Origin: Vampirovibrionaceae bacterium NZW_1234
GTDB lineage: Bacteria; Cyanobacteriota; Vampirovibrionia; Vampirovibrionales; JAGQHJ01
Length of the DNA: 64,000 nt
Direction of reading: 5' to 3'
NCBI GenBank assembly: GCA_041697335.1
Contig: JBGUGD010000002.1
Location: forward strand, 64,001 to 128,000
Of this stretch, positions 39,958 to 50,270 are shown one piece after another. Under the pieces are notes generated by a model. That model ran no database searches and was not told where the DNA came from. It was given only the letters and a program-made list of their open reading frames with translations. A program made the position numbers and the translations under genes. Numbering within the stretch: the first letter of the stretch is position 1; each line of letters opens with the position of its first letter.

Positions 39958-40545
39958 TTAATCCAAATAAAAAGCCGTTACGATTTTACGGCTTTCTTCG
40001 GCATATTCAATGGCTTTTAAGAGGGTGTTGCTGGTGTGGGTGAGGAAAATAATGAGCTGCTGGCAGCTGTCGATAATTTCCCGGTTACACAGGCGGCTGG
40101 CATCGGCCAGGGTCATCACGTTCCACTCGGGATGCTCGCTGATGTGGGGTACGCCAATCAGTTGATCCTGAACATCAGAGGGCTGATGCCCAATGGTTTG
40201 GGGTAAAACAACCAGCAAACGCTCGGGATTGGCCCGCATGGCGCCACGGATGGCCGCGGCGTTGGTGCCGCTGGAACCCCCACTGGTGATGATCGTGTTG
40301 TCTTCCTTGGCCAGCATATAGGCCAGCGATTCAATCAACTGCTGGTGAGGCAGAGGGATATTCCGGCTGCCGATAATGGCGATCTGCTTGGCCTGCTGGC
40401 GCAATGCCACCAGCTCGGCGGCCAATTCATCATGCGGATCCGGGACGTCTTGATCGGCTTCCTGTATCCCTAAACTCCCTGCGACGGTAAGGTGTTTCTG
40501 CTCGGATTCGTCGCCTAAACGGCTCATAATGGTTGTTTCGTTCAT
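39958..40545 (-). CDS. Short DprA/Smf-like Rossmann-fold protein (cyanobacterial type)
   Basis: IAIIGSRN, ITSGG..GTNAAAIRGA, LADASRLCNREII. Confidence 0.8.
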   Translation of the reverse strand: MNETTIMSRLGDESEQKHLTVAGSLGIQEADQDVPDPHDELAAELVALRQQAKQIAIIGSRNIPLPHQQLIESLAYMLAKEDNTIITSGGSSGTNAAAIRGAMRANPERLLVVLPQTIGHQPSDVQDQLIGVPHISEHPEWNVMTLADASRLCNREIIDSCQQLIIFLTHTSNTLLKAIEYAEESRKIVTAFYLD

Positions 40546-40677
40546 GCCAAGGGTCCCGTAACTACTACTCGTGTTTCATTGTAACGCTTTTGTTTCAGAG
40601 CACTGACAGTGCTGTGTTAGAGATTATATTATATTAAAGCTCTTAAGGTGGAAAGAAATTTAATAAGAAAGATAAAC

Positions 40678-43071
40678 ATGACCGCACTCAGCCCATCTCC
40701 GACCATGATACAAAACTTGAATCCCCAACAACAGGAAGCCATTACACACATAGAAGGACCTCTGCTGGTTTTAGCCGGGGCCGGTAGTGGCAAGACGAGA
40801 GTTCTGACCAACAAGATTGCCCACACCATTTCCCAAGGCGTGATGCCCGCCAATATCCTCGCCGTGACCTTTACCAACAAGGCTGCCAAGGAAATGGCCC
40901 ATCGGATTGAATCCATGCTCGGCCATGGCTACGACCCGAGCCTGTGGATTGGGACCTTTCACAGCATCTGTGGCCGGATTTTGCGGCGTGAAATCGGAAA
41001 ATATCTGAGCGATAGCGGCAAGACCTGGAGCAACAACTTCGTTATTTATGACGAGTCGGATTCCATTGCCGCCGTGAAAGAAGCCATTCGGGCCCTGGAG
41101 CTGGATGAAAAGCTCTACAACCCCAAGAACATCAAGTATCAAATCAGCAACCTGAAAAACCAGTTGATCAGCGCACATCAGTACGCCTCCAAGGCCGTGG
41201 ACTTCCGAACGGAGAAACTGTCCCGGATATACGAGGGCTACGAGGCTATTATGTCTCGCAATAACGCCATGGACTTCGATGATTTGCTTCAAAAAGCCGT
41301 CGAGCTGCTCCAGAAAAATCCCGATGTGCGCCAACGCTATCACCAGCAGTTTCGGCATGTGCTGGTGGATGAGTTCCAGGATACCAACGATGCCCAGTAT
41401 GAGCTGGTGCGCCTGATTGTGGAAGGCTGCACCAAGGAAGAGCGGACCAGTCTGGACCCGAGGCTGCAATGGGCCAACCGCAGCTTCACGGTCGTGGGCG
41501 ATGTGGATCAGTCGATTTACAGCTGGCGCGGGGCCAACTTCCGGATCATCCTGAACTTTCAGCATGACTTCCCCGGGGCCAAGCTGATTAAGCTGGAGCA
41601 TAACTATCGCTCCACCGCCAATATCCTGAATACGGCCAATGCCATTATCGAAAACAACAGCGAACGCCTGCCCAAGGCCCTGATTTCGGTTCATGGCGCC
41701 GGTGAAAAAATCTACTGCTACGAAGCCAAAGACGATCGGGATGAAGCCTTTTTTATCGTCGATAAACTGGAAGAAGCCGTGAATAAGGGCAATATTCGCC
41801 CCGGCGACTGCTGCATTCTGTATCGGACCAACTCGCAAAGCCGTTTGTTCGAAGATATCCTGATTAGCCGGGGGCTGTCCTACACCATTGTGGGTGGTAT
41901 CAAGTTCTACGAGCGCCGGGAAATCAAGGATGTTCTGGCCTACCTGAACATTGTCTTTAACGATCAGGATGCCTATAGTGTGAAGCGGGTGCTCAACGTC
42001 CCGAAGCGCAGCATTGGCAAAACCAGCATCGAAAAGCTGGAAGCCTTTGCCAATCACAACGGCATCTCCCTCTATGAGACCCTGCGTCGGGTCAATGAAA
42101 TCGACGAATTTACCCCCAAGCTCAAGAAGGCCGTCAGTGGGTTTGTCGCACTGATTGAGAATCTGAAGGCCCATGCGACCCAGCTGGCCCTCAATGACTT
42201 TATTCTCTTTGCCATCGAAGAGTCCGGGTATTTGAATGAGCTGAAGCAGGAAGATCCCCTGGACAGCGAAGGTCGGATTCAGAACCTGGAAGAGTTTGTG
42301 AGCGTGGCTCGCCACTACTTGCAGGACAATCCGGAAGGGGATCTGGCGGGCTTCCTGACTCAGATGTCCTTGCTGAGTGATATTGATACGGCAGAACCCG
42401 CCGAGAATAAATTTGTGCTGATGACCATGCACGCAGCCAAGGGACTGGAGTTCTCCGTGGTGGCCATTGCCGGGATGGAAGAAGGCTTGTTCCCGCATTC
42501 GCGCTCGCTGTCGGATAATCCGCAGATGGAAGAAGAGCGGCGCCTGATGTATGTGGGCGTGACCCGGGCCAAGGAAAAGCTCTTTCTGACCTATGCCCGC
42601 CGCCGCATGGTGTTTGGCGACCTGCGCTATTCCACACCCAGTCGGTTTCTCAGGGAAATTCCCAATGATCTGATGACCGGTCTGTACTCTCTTGACGGGG
42701 AGTCCCGGTATGACAACAGCTATGCGTCTTCGCCTTCGCGCGAGCGTAAGGTCTATGACCAGGGCCGCTCCAACTATGGGGCCGACCGCTCCTCGTCATC
42801 CACCCGAGGCTACTCGTCCGAGCGCTTTGAAGATGATATGCCCCCCGTGAGCCGGATTCGACCGGCTGCGGAGAGAAAGCCGCAAGCGCCCAAGCCGTCT
42901 TCCATTCGTCTGTTGGAAGTGGGCGATCGGGTTATGCACAGCAAGTTCGGTCAGGGCACCATTCAGCAGGTGATTGGCGAAGGTGATAAGGCGATTTACA
43001 GCATCAAGTTCGACACCATTGCCGGGCGCAAGCTCCTGGATCCCAAGTTTGCGAATCTGGAGCCCTTGTAA
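40678..43071 (+). CDS. pcrA: ATP-dependent DNA helicase PcrA/UvrD
   Basis: AGAGSGKT, VDEFQDTN, VGDVDQSIYSWRGA, TMHAAKGLEF, EERRLMYVGVTRA, C-terminal Tudor-like domain. Confidence 0.97.
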   Translation: MTALSPSPTMIQNLNPQQQEAITHIEGPLLVLAGAGSGKTRVLTNKIAHTISQGVMPANILAVTFTNKAAKEMAHRIESMLGHGYDPSLWIGTFHSICGRILRREIGKYLSDSGKTWSNNFVIYDESDSIAAVKEAIRALELDEKLYNPKNIKYQISNLKNQLISAHQYASKAVDFRTEKLSRIYEGYEAIMSRNNAMDFDDLLQKAVELLQKNPDVRQRYHQQFRHVLVDEFQDTNDAQYELVRLIVEGCTKEERTSLDPRLQWANRSFTVVGDVDQSIYSWRGANFRIILNFQHDFPGAKLIKLEHNYRSTANILNTANAIIENNSERLPKALISVHGAGEKIYCYEAKDDRDEAFFIVDKLEEAVNKGNIRPGDCCILYRTNSQSRLFEDILISRGLSYTIVGGIKFYERREIKDVLAYLNIVFNDQDAYSVKRVLNVPKRSIGKTSIEKLEAFANHNGISLYETLRRVNEIDEFTPKLKKAVSGFVALIENLKAHATQLALNDFILFAIEESGYLNELKQEDPLDSEGRIQNLEEFVSVARHYLQDNPEGDLAGFLTQMSLLSDIDTAEPAENKFVLMTMHAAKGLEFSVVAIAGMEEGLFPHSRSLSDNPQMEEERRLMYVGVTRAKEKLFLTYARRRMVFGDLRYSTPSRFLREIPNDLMTGLYSLDGESRYDNSYASSPSRERKVYDQGRSNYGADRSSSSTRGYSSERFEDDMPPVSRIRPAAERKPQAPKPSSIRLLEVGDRVMHSKFGQGTIQQVIGEGDKAIYSIKFDTIAGRKLLDPKFANLEPL

Positions 43072-43198
43072 GCATCGTTATCTCAATTATTCTTGGTACC
43101 TATGTTAATGAGCCCGGATCCGGTTTCTGTCGGTGAAGGGGCTCAGGCCCGTGCCATGGGCGCCGTATTGGAAATGGTAAAATAAGAGGATGGGTTCT

Positions 43199-43272
43199 GC
43201 CCTCGTAGTTCAGTAGGATAGAACGGCTCACTCCTAAGGAGCATGTCGGGGGTTCGAATCCCTCCGAGGGCA
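43199..43272 (+). tRNA. tRNA-Arg(CCU)
   Basis: GCCCTCG..CGAGGGC-A acceptor stem, anticodon loop CT-CCT-AA, GGTTCGAATCC T-arm. Confidence 0.95.
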
Positions 43273-43395
43273 GGTTTATATTTTTGAATTCATCGAATTT
43301 GGGTCTCAAATCCTTTAGCGGTAGGAGGTCGTTTTCGGGTCGGACCGCTACACTGGTGGGGAGTCGCATCAGTCTGTCAGACTGTTGGCGATGAG

Positions 43396-45174
43396 ATGTA
43401 TTCAACCCAGGTACCCTGCTTCGTGTCTAAGAAAAAGAAAAAACGCCAGCAAACGCTTCAAAAAGAACGGATGAACCGGTCACAGGCCAACCCCCCTGCG
43501 GCGATTCCCGTGTCGCCCTCGACGGGAATTCCCATGGTACAAAACCCGGGGAGCGCGAATAAACCCAATATCATTGTTCAGATCTTGGAAGAAAATAAAA
43601 AGTTGTCGGAATGTCTTCTGTGGCAGATGCAGGAAGATTTTTACAACAATGCCGGGATTGAGGCGTGGAACCAGGTTCCCTTTTACCCCACCTGTAATGC
43701 GTTTATTGGGCGTACCTACGCTGAGATGATTCTGGCGTTTCTGCTTGACGTGAAAGATCAGCTGAATCCGGATGAGCCTATTTATATCGTGGAAATGGCA
43801 TGCGGTACCGGGGGACTCAGTTTTTATCTGGTGAAGGATTTGTTGAAGCGGATTGCCCATTATCCCTCCCTGGCGTCCTTGCGCTGGGTCTACGTGATGA
43901 CGGACTTTACGGAGAATAACGTCAGTGCCTGGGAGAAAAACCCGAAATTGCTGCCCTTTGTGGAAAAGGGCGTCATGGACTTTGGGGTGTTCCGTCCGGA
44001 AGATCAGCGGGAAGTGTACTTACGCCAGTCGAAAGTGACCTTGTCCCGGGAGACCGTGAAAAACCCCATTATCAGTGTGGCCAATTATTTCTTCGATACC
44101 ATTCGGCATGATCTGTTTCGGATTGCCGATAAAAAGCTTCTGGAAGGGCGTGTGTCGTTTCATCGCGAGTTGGTCGAGGGGCAGGATTCGGAACAGACCC
44201 CGCCTACGTTTGGCGATCTGCGAAAAACCGAGTCGTTTTCGCCGGTGAGTGCCGATTATTATGATGATCCCAAGCTCAATGCCATTCTGAAGTACTACAT
44301 GAATGCCTTTGACAACGCCAGTGTGTTGTTTCCCATCAGTTCCTTCAAGTGCCTCTCCAATCTGCAATACATGTCCAACGATCGGTTGGTGCTGATTTCG
44401 TCGGATAAAGGGTTTACCCAGGCCGAGTATATGCAGGATCACTGGGATCAGAACTTTGCGGTCCATGGATCCTTCTCGTTTATGGTGAATTATCACTCGA
44501 TTGGATTGTTCTTTGAACAGCAGGAAGGGACGTTCTGGTCTACCAAGGAACGCACCGGCTGTTTGGCCACGGTCATGGGTATCATGATGCCCGGCATGGA
44601 CCAATCTCGCTTTGAAAATAGCGGCTATTACTTCTTGGAGCGGGTCGATAACGAGAATCCCATTAACAACCTGTATTTCTGTCAGGACCTGCTTCACGTA
44701 GTGTCGCCCCAGCCTCGCCAGAAGGATGCCATTTTTAAAGCCTCCCTGTCTCTGCTGAAGCTGAGCAACTACGACCCGATTGCCTTCTACTTTATGGGCA
44801 ATAACCTGTATTCGGCCATTACAGAGCTGGATTGGTCGCAGCGCGAATCGCTGTATCACGCGGCGTGCGTTGTGAAAGACAACTTTTACTATATTCGTCG
44901 GGACTTTAATACCTTGTATTGGGTGGCCAAGATGTTTTACGGGTTGGATCGCTTTGAAGAGTGCCGTCAAACGTTTCTGGAATCCATCGAGTTGTTTGGT
45001 GTCGATGATCAGGCGCTCTATTACATTGCTGCGTGTAATGAGGTCCTGGGTGATTCTGAGACAGCGTTACTCTATTATCGTAAAACCCTGGAACTGGATC
45101 CCAATTGCGAATTGACCAAATCCGGTATTCAACGGATGCTTGCAAAGCTTGGTCAGGGGGCGCCGACTCACTAA
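43396..45174 (+). CDS. SAM-dependent methyltransferase-like domain plus C-terminal TPR
   Basis: IVEMACGTG motif I, YVMTD, VANYFFD; TPR (ALYYIAAC...ALLYYRKTLELDP). Start uncertain. Confidence 0.75.
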   Translation: MYSTQVPCFVSKKKKKRQQTLQKERMNRSQANPPAAIPVSPSTGIPMVQNPGSANKPNIIVQILEENKKLSECLLWQMQEDFYNNAGIEAWNQVPFYPTCNAFIGRTYAEMILAFLLDVKDQLNPDEPIYIVEMACGTGGLSFYLVKDLLKRIAHYPSLASLRWVYVMTDFTENNVSAWEKNPKLLPFVEKGVMDFGVFRPEDQREVYLRQSKVTLSRETVKNPIISVANYFFDTIRHDLFRIADKKLLEGRVSFHRELVEGQDSEQTPPTFGDLRKTESFSPVSADYYDDPKLNAILKYYMNAFDNASVLFPISSFKCLSNLQYMSNDRLVLISSDKGFTQAEYMQDHWDQNFAVHGSFSFMVNYHSIGLFFEQQEGTFWSTKERTGCLATVMGIMMPGMDQSRFENSGYYFLERVDNENPINNLYFCQDLLHVVSPQPRQKDAIFKASLSLLKLSNYDPIAFYFMGNNLYSAITELDWSQRESLYHAACVVKDNFYYIRRDFNTLYWVAKMFYGLDRFEECRQTFLESIELFGVDDQALYYIAACNEVLGDSETALLYYRKTLELDPNCELTKSGIQRMLAKLGQGAPTH

Positions 45175-45489
45175 TCGGTTTTTAGAATGACTGTGCTTTG
45201 TTCACTGCCTCTGGATTGTTACGGGCTTGAGTTCCGCTGCCCGGACTTGTGCCATTAAATAGGCACTGAGTGAATCGTTGTTTGTCTTCTTGCGATGGGA
45301 TTGACTTTCCTGGTCAAACAGGGACAATGGAAGTCAATTGAGACTACCCAACAGAGAGCATAATCTAGCGCTGCTTGCGCCTTGTCCTCAAGGGTTTAAT
45401 GCCGGGTTACTGGCTTGGACTGCCCGTATGGCCGGGTTGCTATCTGGATAAGAGAGCAGTTGCCTTTTAAACAAGAGGTTAATGGTATC

Positions 45490-47352
45490 GTGATTGGACG
45501 GATAAAGCGATTTTTACTGGGTGCCCCTTTGGCAACCCATGCCGAAGAGCATCAGCGACTGAACGTGCCATTAGGTTTGGCTGTTTTTTCCTCCGATGCC
45601 TTATCTTCCACCGCCTATGCCACGGATGAAATCTTGCTTGCCTTGGCCGCTTCTACCTTTGCGGCCAGCGGAAATCTGTTGTCTTTGCCTGTGGCCCTGG
45701 CCATTTCAGTTTTGATCGCGATTGTGATTATTTCCTATCGCCAGATTATCCGGGCAAACCCACAGGGCGGTGGGACCTACATGGTGGCCAAAAATAACCT
45801 TGGGGTGGTGCCGAGCCATATCGCTGCCGCTTCTCTGCTGATTGACTATGTGTTGACCGTGTCCGTTAGTATTACGGCAGGGATTGCGGCGATTACTTCT
45901 ACAGGGATCCTGCCCCACGCCCAGGTCACCAGCCTATCCATTATCGCAGCCCTGATTATTATGCTGATGAATTTGCGGGGTTTGAAAGAATCCGGTAAAG
46001 CATTTGCCTTTCCGGCTTACACATTTCTGTTCAGCATGGGGGCGCTTATTTTTACCGGGATTTACAAAGCGGTCACCCAGGAACACGTTAATTTGGGGTC
46101 TTTTACCACCAGTGCTACCCATTTGACAGATACCACCGGCGGGGATCTCATTAATTTGACGTTGATTCTGGTCTTGTTAAAGGCATTTTCCCATGGCTGT
46201 GCCGGTCTTACGGGGATTGAGGCCGTTGCAGACGGGGTCAAAGCGTTTCAAGATCCGGCCCCAGCACGGGCGAATAAGACGATGGCCGTGATGGGGATTT
46301 TGTTGATTTCCATCTTCTTGAGCATTACGTTTTTGGCGTTTTCATTCCATGTGATGCCCAAGGCCGATGAAACGATTATTTCCCAGGTGGCTCGCGCCGT
46401 TTTTGGGGGCGGCACATTTTTCTACATGCTGGTTCAGTTTTCAACCATGATTCTGCTGGTGCTGGCCGCTAACACGGCATTTGCAGATTTCCCGAGGGTC
46501 GCCAGCTTTTTGGCAAATGATGGGTATTTGCCACGCCAGATGATGAACCTGGGCGATCGCCTTGTTTATAACAACGGTATTATGCTGCTCAGCCTCTTGT
46601 CGATTTTCTTAATCTGGTTTTTTCAGGGCAATACACACTCGCTGATTCCGCTATATGCTGTAGGCGTATTTATTTCGTTTACTTTGTCGCAATCCGGTAT
46701 GGTGCTGCACCACCGTCGTGTTCGTGAGCCCGGCTGGAAGCAGGGGGCTTTTATCAATGGCTTTGGTGCTGTGATTACGGCATTTGTTAGCATCATATTA
46801 GCCTTTGAGAAATTCACGGAAGGGGCCTGGATTATCTTTGTGGCTATTCCGTTGATTATGTGGATGTTTCGGGCGATTAAGCGGCACTATCTGTCTGTGG
46901 CTCGCCAGTTGGTATTGCCGGAGGACTCCGCCTACTGCCCAGTTGGTGTCGAGCATACGGTCTTGGTCCTGGTTTCGTCTTTAAATCGTGGCACCATTCC
47001 GGCGTTGCAGTATGCGCAAAGCATTTCCGGCCGAGTGGAAGCGGTTCATGTGAAAGTGAACCCACAAGCGACAGAGCGGCTTCAGAAGGCCTGGGAGAAG
47101 TGGGGCTGTAATATGACCCTGACGATCCTGGATTCACCGTATCGTTCTATTCATGAACCTTTGTTGGACTACATTACCGAGGTTGAAAAACGTCACGAGC
47201 ACGATTTGGTCACGATTGTTATCCCCGAATTTGTTACCAAACGCTGGTGGCACAACCTCATGCACAATCAATCCGCCATTTTTATCAAGACCCTGCTGCG
47301 CCAACAAAAGGGGAAAGTCGTCACGACAGTGCGCTATTATCTCGAAGAGTAG
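45490..47352 (+). CDS. APC-family permease, KimA/YdaO-like (probable K+/H+ symporter)
   Basis: FSSDALSSTAY, GGGTY, LTGIEA, NTAFADFPR, LIPLYAVGVF, cytoplasmic SPYRSI..PEFV..WWHNLMHNQ. Confidence 0.9.
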   Translation: MIGRIKRFLLGAPLATHAEEHQRLNVPLGLAVFSSDALSSTAYATDEILLALAASTFAASGNLLSLPVALAISVLIAIVIISYRQIIRANPQGGGTYMVAKNNLGVVPSHIAAASLLIDYVLTVSVSITAGIAAITSTGILPHAQVTSLSIIAALIIMLMNLRGLKESGKAFAFPAYTFLFSMGALIFTGIYKAVTQEHVNLGSFTTSATHLTDTTGGDLINLTLILVLLKAFSHGCAGLTGIEAVADGVKAFQDPAPARANKTMAVMGILLISIFLSITFLAFSFHVMPKADETIISQVARAVFGGGTFFYMLVQFSTMILLVLAANTAFADFPRVASFLANDGYLPRQMMNLGDRLVYNNGIMLLSLLSIFLIWFFQGNTHSLIPLYAVGVFISFTLSQSGMVLHHRRVREPGWKQGAFINGFGAVITAFVSIILAFEKFTEGAWIIFVAIPLIMWMFRAIKRHYLSVARQLVLPEDSAYCPVGVEHTVLVLVSSLNRGTIPALQYAQSISGRVEAVHVKVNPQATERLQKAWEKWGCNMTLTILDSPYRSIHEPLLDYITEVEKRHEHDLVTIVIPEFVTKRWWHNLMHNQSAIFIKTLLRQQKGKVVTTVRYYLEE

Positions 47353-47606
47353 GTGTTGCCGATGACACTCTTGAAGCCCTGCTTTTCAGGTATCTTTCGG
47401 ATGGTTTACTTGACGGGCGGCATATCATTACAAATGTAAAGTTTTGAAGCACTGCTCCAGGTCTTTTTGAGGGCAACCCGGAAGTTGGCTTGGTTTTCAT
47501 TTAGTATGCTTGTGATATGATTCCCTATACGCCGATGTATAGGCATGCACCAAGTACCCTGACAGGTTACTTATTCCTATAGTCCCTGAGTTGGAGACTT
47601 TCAACG

Positions 47607-48521
47607 ATGCCCCTAGGAAATTGGTTTGCCTCCAAGCGAAAAGCAACGTCCTCGCTAAACCCGGAGAGCATGAATCAGAATCTGACGGATGATGATTTTA
47701 ATCGTTTATGGATTCAGTGCTATAACTGCCAGGAACGATTCCCTCGCAAAGAGATTGAAGACAATATGATGGTCTGCCGGAGCTGCAACTACCACTTCCG
47801 TATTGGAAGCCAGGAGCGCATCGAACAACTGGCCGACGCGTTCGAGGAAATGGATGCAGACATGCGTCCCAAGGACCCCCTTGCCTTCTTTGATACCGAG
47901 CCTTATCCGGATAAGGCCCGCAAGGCAGAGAAGAAAACCGAGTTGACGGAAGCCGTCATCACCGGCCTGGCTCGGATTCGCGAGATTGATTTTGCCCTCG
48001 GCGTAATGGATTTTTCCTACCTCGGTGGCAGCATGGGAAGCGTTGTCGGGGAAAAGTTGACCCGGTTGATTGAAACCGCTCTGGAAAAGAAAATTCCCCT
48101 GGTTATTATCTCGTCTTCCGGTGGTGCCCGGATGCAGGAAGGGACCTTTAGCCTGATGCAAATGGTTAAGACCGGCTCAGCCCTTGCCAGGCTCCACGAA
48201 GCAGGTTTACTGTATGTCTCTATTTTGACGGAGCCTACCTTTGGTGGTGTAACGGCGAGCTACGGAACTTTGGGCGATATTATTATTGCCGAGGAAGGAG
48301 CTCGTATTGGTTTTGCCGGACGTCGGGTCATTGAGCAGACCATTCGTCAAAAGTTGCCTGCCGATTTCCAAACGGCCAATTATTGTATGAAATATGGTCA
48401 GGTGGACATGGTGGTTCCTCGGATTCAGCTGAAAGATACGCTGTTTCGTTTGTTGTACCTGCACAATCAGTCTGTTGCCCTTGCTGGCCCCTACAGCCAG
48501 CGGCAGACTGTGATGGTATAA
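47607..48521 (+). CDS. accD: Acetyl-CoA carboxylase carboxyltransferase beta
   Basis: CxxC..CxxC zinc finger, GGSMGSVVGEK, SGGARMQEG, IGFAGRRVIEQT. Confidence 0.98.
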   Translation: MPLGNWFASKRKATSSLNPESMNQNLTDDDFNRLWIQCYNCQERFPRKEIEDNMMVCRSCNYHFRIGSQERIEQLADAFEEMDADMRPKDPLAFFDTEPYPDKARKAEKKTELTEAVITGLARIREIDFALGVMDFSYLGGSMGSVVGEKLTRLIETALEKKIPLVIISSSGGARMQEGTFSLMQMVKTGSALARLHEAGLLYVSILTEPTFGGVTASYGTLGDIIIAEEGARIGFAGRRVIEQTIRQKLPADFQTANYCMKYGQVDMVVPRIQLKDTLFRLLYLHNQSVALAGPYSQRQTVMV

Positions 48522-48533
48522 GAGGTGTGACCG

Positions 48534-49523
48534 ATGGGCCAAGCCATTGAACCCTTTGAGTTTGAAAAAACCATTTATGAGTTACAAGACAAAATTGAAG
48601 AGTTGATACGCGTGAGTGAAGAAACTGGAATCGATATGCAACAGGAAGTGGCAAAACTCTCTGAACAGGCCGAGCGCTATCGGTTTCATGTCTACAAGAA
48701 TCTTCAACCCAAGGAAAAGGTGCAAATCGCTCGCCACGCTCAGCGGCCAACAACCACGGATATCGTTAAGCAACTGAGCCCGGATACCTGGTTTGAGATG
48801 CACGGTGATCGGTCTGGGATGGACGATCGGGCTATCGTGGGCGGCATCATTACTTTGGTGGATCGCCCTGTTATGGTGGTCGGGACCCAAAAAGGCCGCA
48901 CCATGAAGGAAAATCTGGTACATAATTTCGGAATGCCCAATCCCGAAGGGTATCGTAAAGCACTGCGTCTTTTTAATCACGCCAATAAGTTCGGCATGCC
49001 GATTGTGACTTTCATTGATACGCCAGGAGCCTATCCCGGCATTGCTGCCGAGGAGCATGGAATTGGTATTGCCATTGCGCAAAATATTCGGGAAATGGCT
49101 CGGATGCGCGTGCCGATTGTTTCCGTGGTTGTTGGCGAAGGCTGCTCGGGTGGAGCTTTAGGCATTGGCGTGGCCAACGAAATCTATATGCTGGAGCATT
49201 CGGTTTATACCGTGATTTCGCCGGAAGGGTGTGCCTCTATTCTGTGGCGCAGTGCCGAGCACGCGGCCAAAGCTGCTGAAGCTTTGAAAATTACAGCCCA
49301 GGACCTTCTGGCCTTCGGTATGATTGAAGGTATTATTCCAGAGCCTTTGGGTGGCGCCCATTATGACCCGCAGCAGGCGATTGAGTCCATTCGGACCACG
49401 CTGACTGCTGCCCTGATTCCGCTCTTGCAACTGTCTCCTCAGGAACTGGTGGAACAGCGCTACGAAAAGTTCCGGAAGATCGGCGCCTTTGAAGAGTCGT
49501 TGCTGGTAGGCAGCAACGCTTAA
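48534..49523 (+). CDS. accA: Acetyl-CoA carboxylase carboxyltransferase alpha
   Basis: NFGMPNPEGYRKA, IDTPGAYPG, GEGCSGGALG, VISPEGCASILW. Confidence 0.98.
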   Translation: MGQAIEPFEFEKTIYELQDKIEELIRVSEETGIDMQQEVAKLSEQAERYRFHVYKNLQPKEKVQIARHAQRPTTTDIVKQLSPDTWFEMHGDRSGMDDRAIVGGIITLVDRPVMVVGTQKGRTMKENLVHNFGMPNPEGYRKALRLFNHANKFGMPIVTFIDTPGAYPGIAAEEHGIGIAIAQNIREMARMRVPIVSVVVGEGCSGGALGIGVANEIYMLEHSVYTVISPEGCASILWRSAEHAAKAAEALKITAQDLLAFGMIEGIIPEPLGGAHYDPQQAIESIRTTLTAALIPLLQLSPQELVEQRYEKFRKIGAFEESLLVGSNA

Positions 49524-49530
49524 GCTTGTT

Positions 49531-50073
49531 TTGGGATCGGTTTTTCCCCACAGTATACGTCGCCTGAGGTCCCTCAGCCTGTTTCTGGGTTTATTGCTTT
49601 GTGTGGGTTGTGGCACGACGTCCCGGGAAGGGTTTTCTGAGGGGATGGCTGTTGAACGGGCGCAGAAAGAATTAATGTTCATTCTGCATGAAAGAGAAAT
49701 TCCGTATTATGGATTTATAAGGCCTCGCGTGGTTTCTGCGGGTTCGTGTTATTGGGTTTTGTACAAGCATTCTGTTTACTGGGGACGTTTCTTTGTTTGT
49801 GAAACCCTGATGGATGTTGCCGAGGTCAGCACCCATTCCTCGCTCGATGAGCATGAAATTCTTGAGCGGGCCTATGGGGCCTTGCAGGCAATGTTTCCGA
49901 ATGTGGATGTCAAAAGAGCCTATCCTCGGCATGCGATGACCCGTAAGGCGCTGAATCATCCATCGTTTAAGACGGTCGAGTCTGTGCCTTTGATTGATAT
50001 TCGATTTGGAGGCCAACATGGGGATCTCACGCTTACGATGGACGATTATGGGTGGTTTGATATCCAAAAATAG
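49531..50073 (+). CDS. Hypothetical (possible lipoprotein)
   Basis: Basic then hydrophobic N-terminus ending LLLCVGC; 180-aa frame directly after accA. Confidence 0.55.
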   Translation: MGSVFPHSIRRLRSLSLFLGLLLCVGCGTTSREGFSEGMAVERAQKELMFILHEREIPYYGFIRPRVVSAGSCYWVLYKHSVYWGRFFVCETLMDVAEVSTHSSLDEHEILERAYGALQAMFPNVDVKRAYPRHAMTRKALNHPSFKTVESVPLIDIRFGGQHGDLTLTMDDYGWFDIQK

Positions 50074-50270
50074 CGGCATGGGCATGGCTTGGATGTCCTT
50101 TTGTTTACAATTCGACATAAAGTATCATCAGACGTCTTAATTGTTTTTTTATACATATACGATATTGAGACGTTAGGAGTCAGGTTCGCCTGCTTCCAGG
50201 ATAGCTTTTATCGATGTATTACTAACGATTGGGAATTGAGAAAAAACCCGGATCGAATAGGAGAAGATAA

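Noticed and set aside
40771..44970. 575-aa and 316-aa minus-strand ORFs
   Set aside because: Antisense shadows of pcrA and the methyltransferase-TPR gene.
45180..45490. c-di-AMP (ydaO) or Na+/Li+ riboswitch upstream of the KimA-like permease
   Set aside because: Expected from context, and a GCCGGGTT direct repeat is present, but the conserved ydaO or nhaA elements could not be identified. An Infernal scan is needed.
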